DNA from: Aplysia californica
Lineage: Eukaryota
Length of the DNA stretch: 64,000 nt
Direction: 5' to 3'
NCBI RefSeq assembly: GCF_000002075.1
Contig: NW_004797417.1
Span: forward strand, 1,180,048-1,244,047
In this document: piece after piece, positions 26,628 through 39,100 of the stretch
Numbering within the stretch: the stretch's first letter is position 1
Layout of the letters: the number at the start of each line of letters is the position of its first letter
Notes under the pieces: generated by a model
What the model was told of the DNA's origin: nothing
Databases searched by the model: none
What the model saw: only the letters and a program-made list of their open reading frames with translations
Position numbers and translations under genes: made by a program

Positions 26628-28164
26628 TGCTTCAGATATGACATGATGTTATTCATACTTCATCTACAAAAACAAATGTGGAAACTGATTTTGATTTGTT
26701 GAGCAGCAAATTTCATAGTAATTGCTGTAGTTTGTTCTTGCATACTTGGAAGGATAGTTTGTTGTTGAAAAATCAGTTCTGTCTTATTGGAAAGAAAGAT
26801 CTCTGTGTGCTCCGACATTGTACAAACCTATCACCCTTTGAGTAAGGTGTTCTGAATCTGATGGAAGAGGATTGACTTAAAGCATAGAAAACATCTGCTA
26901 TATATATATATAGTAGTAACAGATGCTGCCATTCTGATTGTTTGTCAAGTGTGTGTCAGTGTTTTTTCATCTAGTTAATTTTTAAAAGTCAGTCAATAAT
27001 GGAATACTGAATGATATGAACAAGTAGAGCTATTTATAACTATAACCGGATGTCCAAGACAGTCAGAAGTGTTGCATTACAGTGCTCCTGGTACCGAGTG
27101 CTAAGATTTGTACTGTTTAAAAACTCTTTTTTTGTTGTTTTCTTAAATGTATATATTGAAAAGTGAAAGTATTTTGTTAAATTTTTTGTTTTTTTAATTT
27201 TGTGTATACCTCTGTTCTTAGCTATGAAAAGTAGGTGGTTGGCGGGTGCTCTGGTGTGGTTTGTTCCTTCTTTCCTATCAAAGATCTATCGTCATTATCT
27301 CTCCTTTTTTGTTTTACTCTCTTGTTTGGTTTTAGTAGAGGTTTTGCGGCGCTCGCATCTGCTTAAGGTCATATGAGCGCCAAATTACTCTCTTGTAACA
27401 CCTCTATTCTTCGGCACTTATATATAATATGACCTTATTGTGTTGCAAGTGCCGTAAAACTCTTACTATAACTAAACTAAAGTAAAGCTATGAAAAGCTC
27501 GGAAATATGTGGTACATTGTTACAATGATGCTACTTTATGTGATATTGTAAAATAATAGTGATGAATAGTCAGCATTTTGATTCATTTTCTAAGTTAGCG
27601 TAGTTTTTTTTTAAATTCTTGTTCATGATGAATACCGTCTTGGTGGGTGGTTAGAGGAGACCTCCTGGAAGGTCCTGTGTTAAACAAGCAAAAACAGTAG
27701 ATAAACAGTTAAAAAGTGGAACAGTTGTCAACCATACTCTTTCCAAGTCCCATACCAAGTGGCTGTTATTCCGTAGACCTACTTCTCTTTGTTGTTCAAA
27801 CTAAACTAATTGAGTGGTTGGTGGGTACTCTGGTGTGGTTTGCTCCTTCATTCCTATCAAACATCTGTTGTCCTCATCTCTTTTCCTCCTTTTTTGTGGT
27901 TTTTATTCTCTTGTAACCCCTCCAATCTTCGGCACCTAAATGACCTAATTATGTTGCAAGTGCAGTAAAACACTTACTAAAACAACAATAAAAACTAAAC
28001 TACTTCCACGTTGGTGTATCTAGCAACACTTTTTGGAAGTGTGCTACCAGTAGACACCAAATTGGCAGGTGATTTATAAGTCTCCTGACTTAAATCGAAT
28101 CCTGGTTGTTACTTGTAGAAAAAAGAAAGTGACGTAAAAGTCTGATAGTTTAGTTTTTTTCTTG

Positions 28165-28490
28165 GCATCGGTAGTCGAGTTATTAGACCATTGAGCTTAC
28201 AACTGAAAGACCATGGGTTTTCAAATCTTTAAAGTTGTGTCCTCAGGAAAGTCACTTTACACAAATTGCCCTCACTTCACTCAGGTGGGAATAGGCACAC
28301 AGCTATAGAGAGCAAAAGATCTTGTCAGTTTGTTACTGTTTGAGCACCTAATCAGCTGCTTGCACTGTATGCTTCCCAGGAAGCCAAGAATGTTTTTGAG
28401 TGTTTTAGGGTCTGCTGGGGTTATATAGATTGTAAAGTGCATAGAGGTTGCTGTTGAGTGGGAATGTGCACTATACGAATTATATTATAT
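28165..28490 (+). mobile_element. Old CORE-like tRNA SINE
   Basis: Degenerate tRNA head, core GTGTCCTCAGGAAAGTCACTTTACAC...CACTCAGGTG and tail GTAAAGTGC...CACTATACGAATTATATTAT. A 3' fragment also occurs at ~45470-45600. Confidence 0.6.
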
Positions 28491-28907
28491 TCGTTTAACA
28501 AATGATTTGTTTTGATTAAACTGATCTGCACACATTAGGTGAAGTAGTAACACATTTTATAAACATGAAAATATTTTTTTCTTTCTCAGATATCACAATT
28601 CTCTTTGAAGTGGGCTAGGTATATTTTATGATATAATCCAGAGAAACTGCAGTCCATTATTTCTTCACTCCTACAAAAAATCTGGAAGAAAAAACATCAA
28701 ATATACAATTAAATTCACATCAAGGAAACACAAAGGATACGGCTCCAATAAAACACGGACTGATTCGTATATCTTGAAGATATCACATTATAACAGCTGT
28801 ACGTGACGCGTCACCTATTCATATATCGAGGACCCGGTGTTCAGCACTTTAAGAAAATCACAAAGCTGCAGAGAGGGCGTAACCGGAGCAGCACGCCCTC
28901 CAACGAA

Positions 28908-31900
28908 ATGTCAACAGGAAATGGGGGAGCTACGGGTGACAGCAGACCATCTCAGTTCACTCGGGATGCTGTTGGTACAGGGGACTCTGGGAGTGGCTTG
29001 AGCCCGGAGACCTCGAGCTTAGCTGTCAACTATGAGACGGATTGTGGAGGAGAGAGCATCAGTTCCTTCCCGATGTCAGACGACCTTGAGGAGCCTGTTG
29101 CATGCCGGCGGAAGGTCAGCTTCCCACTTCATACCCCAGGGGAGCTGGGGCCTTTACTCAGATCTGATATTGATGTAAGTGCAAACGATGGGCATCCCTC
29201 TATGAAATGTTATTAAATAAGGCTTTTTTTTTTTCAAACATAGAAATGCTTTCCTCCAATTATCTGGTACTCTTTAATCTTTACTCTGGGTTTTTTTGTT
29301 TGTTTTTTTATACTGTGTTCTCCTTAATTAGTAGGTGATGAGTGCCACAGCAGGGCCTGGCTTATGTGCTGTCCCTTGGTTGTTTCTGTCTGATTTGCTT
29401 TTTTCCATCCTAAATGACCATTATTATGTTGATGTGCTTATTTCGAATGCTGACAACTAATACTCTTTGACTCTCTGACAGCTGTTCCTTGGATGGTAGG
29501 TGCTCGTGTGGTTTACTTCTTCTTTCCTATCAAACATCTTCTATCCTTATCTCTCCTCCTTCTTTCCATATTTGTATGTTACTATTAATCTTTGGTACAT
29601 ATATATAATATGACTTGTTTGTTTTGAAAGTGCTGTAAAACTGTTTCTAAAACTAAACAACTGTCCCCCTTTCAACGTCTCAAGTCTCAGCTGCATTTTG
29701 TGCCGTTGTTGTCCTCAGGGCAGCAAACTTCCTGAGTTGGAGGATGATCTTCCCGGTGTGGAGACATCGCTGCTCCATGTGCCCAGCAAATGTGCCGAGC
29801 AAGCGGAGGAATTCGTCAAGAAAGTGAGTAGAGTAGAATGATATTATCTTGGTTTGAGTTTGAAACGCAAACATGCGCGTGCGCGCACACACACGCACAC
29901 ACACACACACAAACCCCACCCCCATACATCCCCTGCCAGTTGGTGGGTTCTCTTGTACTATGTTCCAGCGACCTGTTGCCCAAGTAAGTTTTCTGTTAAA
30001 TATGCTTGCATGTTGCAGTTCAACAACAATTTAAAGACTGCTTCCTTCAATCTACTGTAATTTGTTATCTGTTTAAAGATGCCAACTTGTGTCATTTAAT
30101 CAAATATGCTCTGGATGCAAAAAATATATTTTATTCTATAATATTTTGCATCCCTTATTCTTTGGAGAGACGTTTTCCTTTTTCATGTTGCTTACTGTCT
30201 CATTTTTGTTTTGAATTTTAAGATCCTTGAAACAGGAAAGAGGTAACTGGTATGTTACTTGATTCTTGCACAGGGCTCTACTGAAATTACATTTTCCTGT
30301 AAAAATAAGGCAAAATTTAGACCTCCACAGTATCATGTCTCCCAAGATAAATTGAGCTTCCGGAGGTTTACTAGGTCTGAATGACACCCTCTAACTGTCA
30401 TGATTTGTCATTTTCTCCCAACCTCACAGGTGTGGGCAGCGGGCTGGAATGTGGCCCACCACCATACCCTTCCAGACTGGCTGAAGGATAATGACTTCTT
30501 GCTGAGAGGCCATCGTGTCCCAACAAACTCCTTCCTCGCCTGCTTCAAGTCTATATTTCGTATCCACACTGAGACAGGCAACATATGGACTCATTTGCTA
30601 GGTATGTTCACGGAGCATATCACTGTCTGAAAACGTCATTAGAACTGATTTTTTTTCTTTTTAAAGTTTCAAAATCTTGGGAAAACTTCTTTGAACTTTA
30701 GTAAGAGGCACTTTTATTGAATGTCTATGTAGTAAATGGCATGGAGATTTGGATTGCATAGATGAAATTTGAAATGCCTTTTTTTGTTTCACATACCTTT
30801 ATCTCCAAATCACTTTGCAAAAAATACCGAATTCATATGATTTTTAAAAACCTGAACATAATATTTATTGTATTTGGCTGATCTCAACTGTCTACAACAG
30901 AAATGACATTACCCTTCACCACAGATTATAACCAAGTAAATTGTTAGGAGTCTTTAAATGTAGTCTGTCGCAAAAATCTCAAGCACAAAATGTATTTGTT
31001 TATTTTTTTCCACTGCGGTAACAAATTTGCATGTGAGGTTAACCATACATATCTGAAAAGTCAACCCCTTGCAGTGGATACTGCATTTGATCCTGGAACT
31101 TTTGTTTTTAACTCCTGTCATAGGTAGACAGTAAATTGGATCTGGGATTTAGATGATATGGTTGCTAATAAAAAATCTCTTTTGATTTCCGTCTCCACCA
31201 GGCATGATAGCTTTCCTTGGCATAGCTGCCTACTTCCTCACCCGTCCTTCCATCGAGATCCAGTGGCAAGAGAAGGCTGTGTTTTCTGCCTTCTTCATTG
31301 GGGCCATCCTGTGTCTGGGGTTCTCCTGGGTGTTCCACACGGTCTACTGCCACAGCGAGAAAGTGGGACGCTTCTTTAACAAGTAAGGAGCTTATCTTTC
31401 TATTGATATTTCCTTTGCTTGTAATTTTTAAACTGCAAAAGCTACCAAACTGCACCTGCTCCAGGGTTCATGATCAGCAGAAAGGAAATATCTGTTCAGA
31501 AATGATGAAGAAACCCTGGATTCTTGTCTGACGTGCATGTATATTGTGTTTATTTTAACAGATTAAAAGATTTTTTCATTTAATTTTGTGTCTCTACCAC
31601 CTTTCAAATCTTCCATTTCATTTTGTTTAAACTATCATTCTGAAAAGTGGTGAAAGGGAATACAACCAAAAGTGTTTCTTTTCCACAATTGTACTGTATG
31701 AGTGAGAGGAAGCAGCAGACCCAGCTAGTGTTTTTTACTGCTTGATATGAGAATTTCCCATTCATAAGAATTTCAGTTTGTCCATTGTCATGTTGTCAAG
31801 ATGTGATTCTTTAAAAGAAGTGTTTAAGAATACTCAATTTAACAATTTTATTAACTGTCTGTTCAAAGCATGCTTTGTGTCCCTTTTCCTACTTAACATC

Positions 31901-34900
31901 TAATACTGTATGGTGTGTCAATTTGTGGAGAGTGTGTTATGTGCACATCTCAATCCAGTTTCTCTTCCCACCCCATAGCTTGTGTTGACACAGCCTCATG
32001 GTAAGTTTTAAAAAACTATTTGTATTTCTCAGACTGGACTACTGTGGTATAGCCCTATTGACCATCGGCTCGTTCGTGCCATGGCTCTACTACAGCTTCT
32101 ACTGCAGGCTGGAGCCAAAAGTCACCTATCTGGCACTCATTTTCTTCCTAGGGACCATTTGCATTGTCGTTTCCATGTGGGATAAATTTGCTCAGCCGCA
32201 GTACAGACCACTCCGAGCAGGTGAGAAATGCCTTTGTTACCCTTTCTTTTTCTTGATTGGGTGTTGCTTTATTGAACATTTCAAGGATATCCAAGAGCTT
32301 TTCTGATATTCAGACATTTTTAGCGTGCTCATATGACTGAATGCAGTTGTGAGCGCCATACAAATTTTACCATACTGAAGACTTTCTTCTTTACATTGAA
32401 AACACAGTGTAGAACATTTTCTTTAGACAAAACCGTGATTTGTTTTCAGTATCTTTAGCTGGTCGTGGTGTCCGTTCCAGTAAATGTCAGAAAATGTTTT
32501 TCCTTTTTGTGAACGCAAAATGGTCCGAAATATTGTTTCCATTCAGCAGACTTTCCCTCCCTTTACTGAGTTTTCTGAAAAACTACTAATCTTTTGTCTT
32601 TACATATCAGTCTCAGCATGAATATCTTAATTTACTGATAATGCTTCTTTTTCATCATCAATCGTTTAGGGTTCTATATGCTGCATTTCAAGTCTCCAAC
32701 TAATAATGATGCTCTTTTTCCAGCACTTGTTGCCACAGGCTGTTGAAATGTTAGTTACCTGCATGTTGTTGGTTAAAAGTCTTTCTAAATGAAGGACAGA
32801 GGACTGTGTAATCTGCCTTTTAAAAAAAAGAGGTTTTTGTCCGTAAGTTTGGAAACAAAGACAAAAACGCTACATAGTTTTTCTGCCCTTGCCATTGCCT
32901 TCTTACTTTCCTTCTCTCTGCCATCCAGGGCAATATCCATCTTTATTTTAGTTTAGTTGGGGGGGGGGTCACTCTAATTTCTCTGAGGAGCTGTCAACGG
33001 GGGGGTTGGTCCATTTCAACACAAGACCTGATCCCTTATTAATTAATTATCATGCTGTCCAGTGGTGTGTAGGACAAGGTGCTGCATAGTGGCGACTAAC
33101 AATGGCATGTTTCTAAACTTGTTCTGTATTGGTGTAATATTGTGTAATTATGTGTGTATGTGTTTCTAATTGTGTGTTTTATGTATGTATGTTTGCCAAT
33201 ACAACCCAAATTCCCACACAGGGATCAATAGAATATAATTTACATTTATTTTTATTTAACTACTTATTTCACTTTCCTGCTCACAGGTGTGTTTGTGGCG
33301 CTTGGCCTTAGTGGAGTGGTGCCGGCCATGCACTATGTGATCACTGACGGCTTCTGGCATGCCATCAACTACGCGGCCCTGGGCTGGCTGGTGCTCATGG
33401 CTGTCTTGTACATCGTTGGGGCTGTCATCTATGCTGTGCGCATTCCAGAGAGGATCTTTCCCGGCAAGTTTGACATCTGGGTATGTAAATTTATACTTTT
33501 TTTTTTGTCGAGTTGGTTGATAGGTTGATAATTCAGCAAATGCACTTACTTACACGGGGTATCCAAAATCTATGAGAGTAGGCTTCAGCCGCCCCCAGGG
33601 CAAAATTCAAAATTTCCAACCAACTGAAAATGTTTTATATGTCCCGCGCATTCATATGACCATATTCAGTTGCGAGAGGCGTAAAACACCAGCCAAAAAA
33701 AAAAAGAGTGGTTCTACTGTACTTTACTCAGGAGGCTTTGGGGCCTTGGTATATGTACTTCTAGGTGTTCACTTGGTGGTGTGGTTGTTTCTGGCATCTG
33801 ATTGTTTTGTCAGTGATAGGTTCAAGGTTGCCAGTAGAAACGAGAAAAATTAAGTCAGTGTCTCATATTACCAGCCTGGGAGGGGTGTTTTTCAAGAGCT
33901 TATGTCTTTACTTCTTGTTTTTCCAAGCAAAGCACGTAATTTAATTACTACCAGTTGTTGTTTGTTTGTTGTTGTTGTTTTTTTCTTACATGCATGGTTT
34001 GTTGATAACATTGGTTTGCTTTGTTTGGTGTTTTTTTTTCTCTTTCCAAACTTTTGGTGTTGTTAGATAAGAATTTACTTTATTTTTTCTGTGGTATTTC
34101 CTTCCTTTACCAAAGGGTTGGTGGATTGAAGATTTTGTTTTGTCAGATAAGAACATGCGAGGAGTCCCATGTGCATGAGGGTTGAGTTCAAGATATTCTA
34201 GCAGTTGAAAATTGAAGAACTTGGGCATGCTGGGGCAAAATTTGAAACATAGGCCTCCTTGTCTGAAGAAACTTTGAACTGAAGAACTTTCGCAAAAGTA
34301 TATATGGCCATAGTCGTTTTGGCCTACTTTCTCTGAGGTGATGGCAGTTTGGCACAACATAATTTGATTGCCCCCAGCAGTTTGAATTTTCCTCGACGTA
34401 GCCAAATAGCCTATGACTCTGGGTGAAACAACTCTGAAAATATCAATATTTTATTTTGTTTTGAAAAAAGGGTCGACGTTTACTCTTGATGGTCATTATA
34501 ATATTTAGAAGACTCTTGTAGGACTTAAATATTTTTCATTTGGCCAAAAGATTATCTGCACGCACTTCACGTTAGCAAGAGGCTTTGTTCGTTTTGGACT
34601 GGTATTGCTCTTATCTTACGGAGGTCAAAGTCCTGTCAAGCCTATTGGGGTTTTATGTGTACCCTGACAAGGCTCTGTCCTTCCAACCTGCCTGGCTGGG
34701 TTAATGCAGATCCCATTTAAAGAAAAGCTTTCCTTCTTTACAATGCAGTATGGTTAACTATTACCCAATGTATCCTATTTTCCTCTCATGTGTCCCAATT
34801 TCTGACACTTTAAAAAAATGTCACATGAAGTTTGCAAGGTTATTAATGCTGAGTCACCAGTTTTTCTGATTTCATCTAATCTGTGACAGAAAAGATAAGC

Positions 34901-36136
34901 TATGGTTATTTGTGTTACTAAAAGGTCATTATCTTGTATGTCTTCTGTTTAAGTTTGAGATTATCTCAGTTATTTGTGTTCAGCATGCAGAGACACTTAA
35001 ATGGACTATTTATGGTGAACCCTTATTTCTCATTTCTCCCCCCCCCCCCCCTTCCTTACACATTCTTTAAAGTGGGTGGTTGGGGAGTGCTCTGATGTGG
35101 TTTGCGCCTTCTTTTCTATCCAACATCTATTGTCCTTAGCTCTCCTCCATTTTTACTCTCTTGCAAGACCTCTCTTCTCCAACACTTTTGGACCTTATTG
35201 TGTTGCAAGTGCCATAAAATTCTTATGAAAGAAAAAAAAGTTCCATAAAGTGGCCTCATGCGAAAAGGCAAAGGCTCAGTGGCTGCAGTTACAATGAATT
35301 CAGTGTTGGAAACTATTTAGTGTAATGGTATTACTTATTAATTGTTATTTTTTTAATGTAAATTGTAATTTTTAAAACTAAAATGGAATTTTTAACTAAT
35401 CATATAATAAAACCAAGCCTTGCTGTGAACTGTCATGAATACAACTAACTTGTGTTTCGCTCACTCTTGTGACCTTTTGCAGTTGCGAGCGCCATGAAAC
35501 TCTTACTAAACTAATATCATGTTGACTTAGTTTAGGTTTAGTAAGGTTTTTACGGCTCTCATATTTGCATAAAGTCATATGAACGCCATGGGGTGGATGT
35601 CAACAGGAAAGTCCAAATGGGGAATCGCGCTTACTCTGCTCACCTCTCTAGCCTCTACAGCACAAAAGTCTGCTACTACTATCAAGGCACCCCGGAAATA
35701 CCAGTTCACAAGAGAGTGACAAACTTACAAAAGAAGTGAGGAAAAATGACAATAGTAAGTAAGGATGAGGAAAAAAAAAAGCAGCAGTTCCTCCTGTGTT
35801 GTTCCAGCACAGTATGAGCATGACATTGATAAATCAGCCCATTTACAATTTTACTGTACATAAGAACACAATATCCCCCCTTTGGGAATGGCCTAAAGAC
35901 AACTTCAGTCAGTAGGACTACCCTGGTGGGGAGGGTTATGTTGACTTAGATAATGTGTTGTTCATTTTCTATATAAGAAAATGCCTAAAGTCTCCTGCTT
36001 TGTATTCCAGTTTCAGAGCCACCAGATATTCCATGTGTTTGTGCTGGCTGCAGCGTTTGTGCATTACCACGGGATCTCTGAGATTGCCAACTATCGTCTC
36101 ACCCTGGGAGACTGCATTGCAAGAGAAATACAGTAA
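28908..36136 (+). CDS. AdipoR: Adiponectin receptor protein (PAQR family, 7-TM, Zn-binding), ~410 aa
   Basis: Exons 28908-29174, 29719-29823, 30430-30601, 31202-31382, 32033-32220, 33287-33480 and 36011-36136, all GT-AG and phase-consistent. Motifs: LPDWLKDNDFLLRGHR, IHTETGNIWTHLLG, FHTVYCHS, LDYCGI, RIPERIFPGKFDIWFQSHQIFHVFV. The 5' UTR portion of the first coding exon starts at 28590. Confidence 0.96.
35530..35930 (-). mobile_element. ~400-bp retroposon family sharing the 3' stem-loop; second copy at 48820-49230
   Basis: Two clearly homologous copies (GGGGTGGATGTCAACAG...ATCAAGGCACCCCGGAAATA...CTTCAGTCAGTAG), each ending in the GGCGCTC/GAGCGCC-type hairpin tail. Confidence 0.75.
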
Positions 36137-39100
36137 TTTAGGTGCACCCAAGACTCCTCAGATGTCAGGGGCGCTGAGAGACTGTTGATACCTGAGGACT
36201 GGATGTTATACCTGGGCAGACCCCAACATGGCCGATAATTTTTTTTTTTTTTAAACATTAATACCAGATCAAACATTTTTAGCAGGTTTCTTAAGATAGG
36301 GGCGCCTTTTTTGTCCTCTGCATGTCTGAGAGGTCTTTAACTTTATGTATGAAACAAAGAGATCAACCTAGTCCTCGAGGGACCTGCAAAAAAATAAAAT
36401 CTGCTTTTTTTCCACAAATAGATGTCCAGAAGTCTTTCTAGGTATTAAGTATGTCTCTTCAGTAGACGTCAGCTGTGATCTCTCTTTACCCCTGTTTTAT
36501 GAACTCTTGTTACCTCACCTGACTCCCATCTCACTTGCCATAAAGGGAAAGTAAAACAAAAGAGATTAAGTCTCCCTGCTGGTCACTTTTTCCTGTTTGT
36601 TTGCCAAACTGTTTTGCGGACAGACTAAGTGTAAGTCTTTCGTGTTTGACGTGTGTGTACCACACTGGGGTGCTGTGATGTGGGGTTTTGCACAAAACAT
36701 GCGAGTGCTGTTTCAGTCGGTGATTTTAAAAAGTTCTAATGGGTTCAATGTCATCCATCTCAGGGCAGGCCATTCATTAGGAATCATCCGAAATGTTCAG
36801 TTCTTTGTTCATTTAAATCTTATAAATATAAGCTTTGTCCTTTGCGATGCAAGGAACCATTGTTTTTCCTTTTGAGTGTTCAGCTCAATTCAGGCGAAAT
36901 GTGAAAGAAATGAACAACATAATGGCTACTGGTCTTGAATTCACTCTTGTTACCAAAGATCTGGGTTATGTTGGTTTTGTTGTTGTTTGTTTGTTTTTTT
37001 TCTCCTCTTAGTCTCACTATTTTCATGGTACTCTTCTCCTGTTGGTTGGGATGTCCCATGCTACTTTTTTCTCCCCTCATTGAGGTGGTACAGCCATTGT
37101 TGCTTTCTATTTATTACCAAATGCTTCACGGATCAATGATGGTGTTTGAGAAATACAAATGGGGATTAAATTTTTTTTTCTTAATTTATTGGGGGTGGGT
37201 GTTTACTGGAGTGAAAAACATGACTGTATGCAGGGTCTTTTGTTCATAAAAGATAATCTTACTCTTTTTTTTTGTGCCTTTTGTCTTGGCGTTACTGAAA
37301 AAATGTCTAATCTCTTCTTGGAATTGCTTCTTGTATTGTTATCAAGACTTTGTCATTTGTGTCGAGAGCAAAGTGGCCACGTCAGAGCTAGCTGCTCGGC
37401 ACAAGTCAGAAACATACTTCAGTGACAATATTTGAGAGTATGTTTGTAGCATTATTTTGCTTCTGAGATAGATGCAGGTCTACACAATATTGTTGATCAG
37501 GTTGTAGTTCAAGGACTTGGAATGAATATATTTTTTTAATAATTTCAGACCTGGCCACTTTGTGCCAGGTACCGTCGTTATGTTGTTATGCACACTGGTT
37601 GTCACGATATTTTCCATTTGATTAACTCAGGTCTTTTTCTTAACACAATGAACAGTCATGAGCCTTGACTTCTCAAGAATCTATACAATACTCACATTTC
37701 ACATCCACGAGTTTTGGTTTGCGTAGCTGCACCTTCTGCTCAAAGTTCAATCTGGAAATTAGAGGTTAGTCTGTTGTGGATTTTGTGGAGTGGTGGGTAG
37801 ACTAGCTGTTGAAATATTCATACCAGAGACATTTAAAGCTTTACTGGGAATTTTAATGCTAGAATAAACATTAATCAAAACCCAGTGTAAGGGACATGAT
37901 GTTTTGGCTTCCCCTTCAGCGTGTAAAAAAGAAAGGATTACAGTTGACATTAGTGCAGCTTCCCCCCTCCCATAGAGACAACCATTTCCCTTCTTCTCTG
38001 TCACTTGTTGTTCTGTTCCCTGGTTCCATTTTTTCACTTTCCCAGAGGGAATACGAACCCTTTCATTTTCACAGCGGTAGTTTGAGGTTGCCGCTGGTAG
38101 GTCATACCTCTATTCCGTTTCTGTTGTGATGTATTTATCCTGTATCTGTACGACAGTGTTCTTCCCCCCGTCCTTCTCCCAGTGATAAACTCTGCAACTG
38201 AAATATATGTCACTATCTACAGAGCAGCAGGAGTTGTCAATGTATTGGTGTGTCATGGGTCTTGTCATTGTGAAGCTTATGTCACTGAGTAAAAGGCAAT
38301 AGATTATCATATATAATATATAACTAAATATGAGCTGAATTCAGTAAATGGCAAATTGATACATTTTGTGGTAATAGAAAGTAACAGCGATTTATTTAAG
38401 AACTGAAAGGGGAAGGGGGTGGTTTTATCACATTAATTTGATGATTTTACTTTAGTTTTGGGGAAATTGAATCGGGAGGCGAAAAATTTATATATGCCTT
38501 TTTAAAAAGTGCTGCTGTTCTGAATTAACATTTAATAACTGGGTCTGTGACATGAGTCTTTTCTTGTTTCAGACTACATGTTATATGCCTTTTAAATCAA
38601 AATCTGTGCTGAAAACTTATATTTTGTCTTTCTGCCATGGTCTTGTAGCAGGTGCATAAATCCTGGAATCGAAAGATCATATATATATATATTTGGTTGA
38701 ACATTTTGCACTTTGCATTAGACATTGACAAATGGAGATCAAGAGCTGGCCCCAATGGATGTAAATTGTTTTGTTGTTCATGCAATTAGTAATGTGATCC
38801 TCATGATTATTTTGTATATGTTGCTGAAATGATCAAATTATATATGAATGATTTGTCTCATTGTTGCATCTTTCTTTTACATTATGTGGTGTAGCTGTGC
38901 TTTGATTTCTCATGAAGAGCATTTGTAAATCTTTACATTCATCGACAGGACAACAGAAATTTTTATTACTAATGGAAGAAAATTAACATTCATTTCTCTT
39001 TTTATGTATGCTGTCATTTTCTTTTTCTTGTGTATTGCAGTGTTTTAAAAATTATGTCTCCTATTGGCACAAGACAACGGTGTACAAGTTGATTGGAGTA

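Noticed and set aside
27413-27460. Shared 3' hairpin as a twister or HDV ribozyme
   Set aside because: I could not build the required pseudoknots; its position just before the tail fits a LINE 3' recognition stem-loop better.
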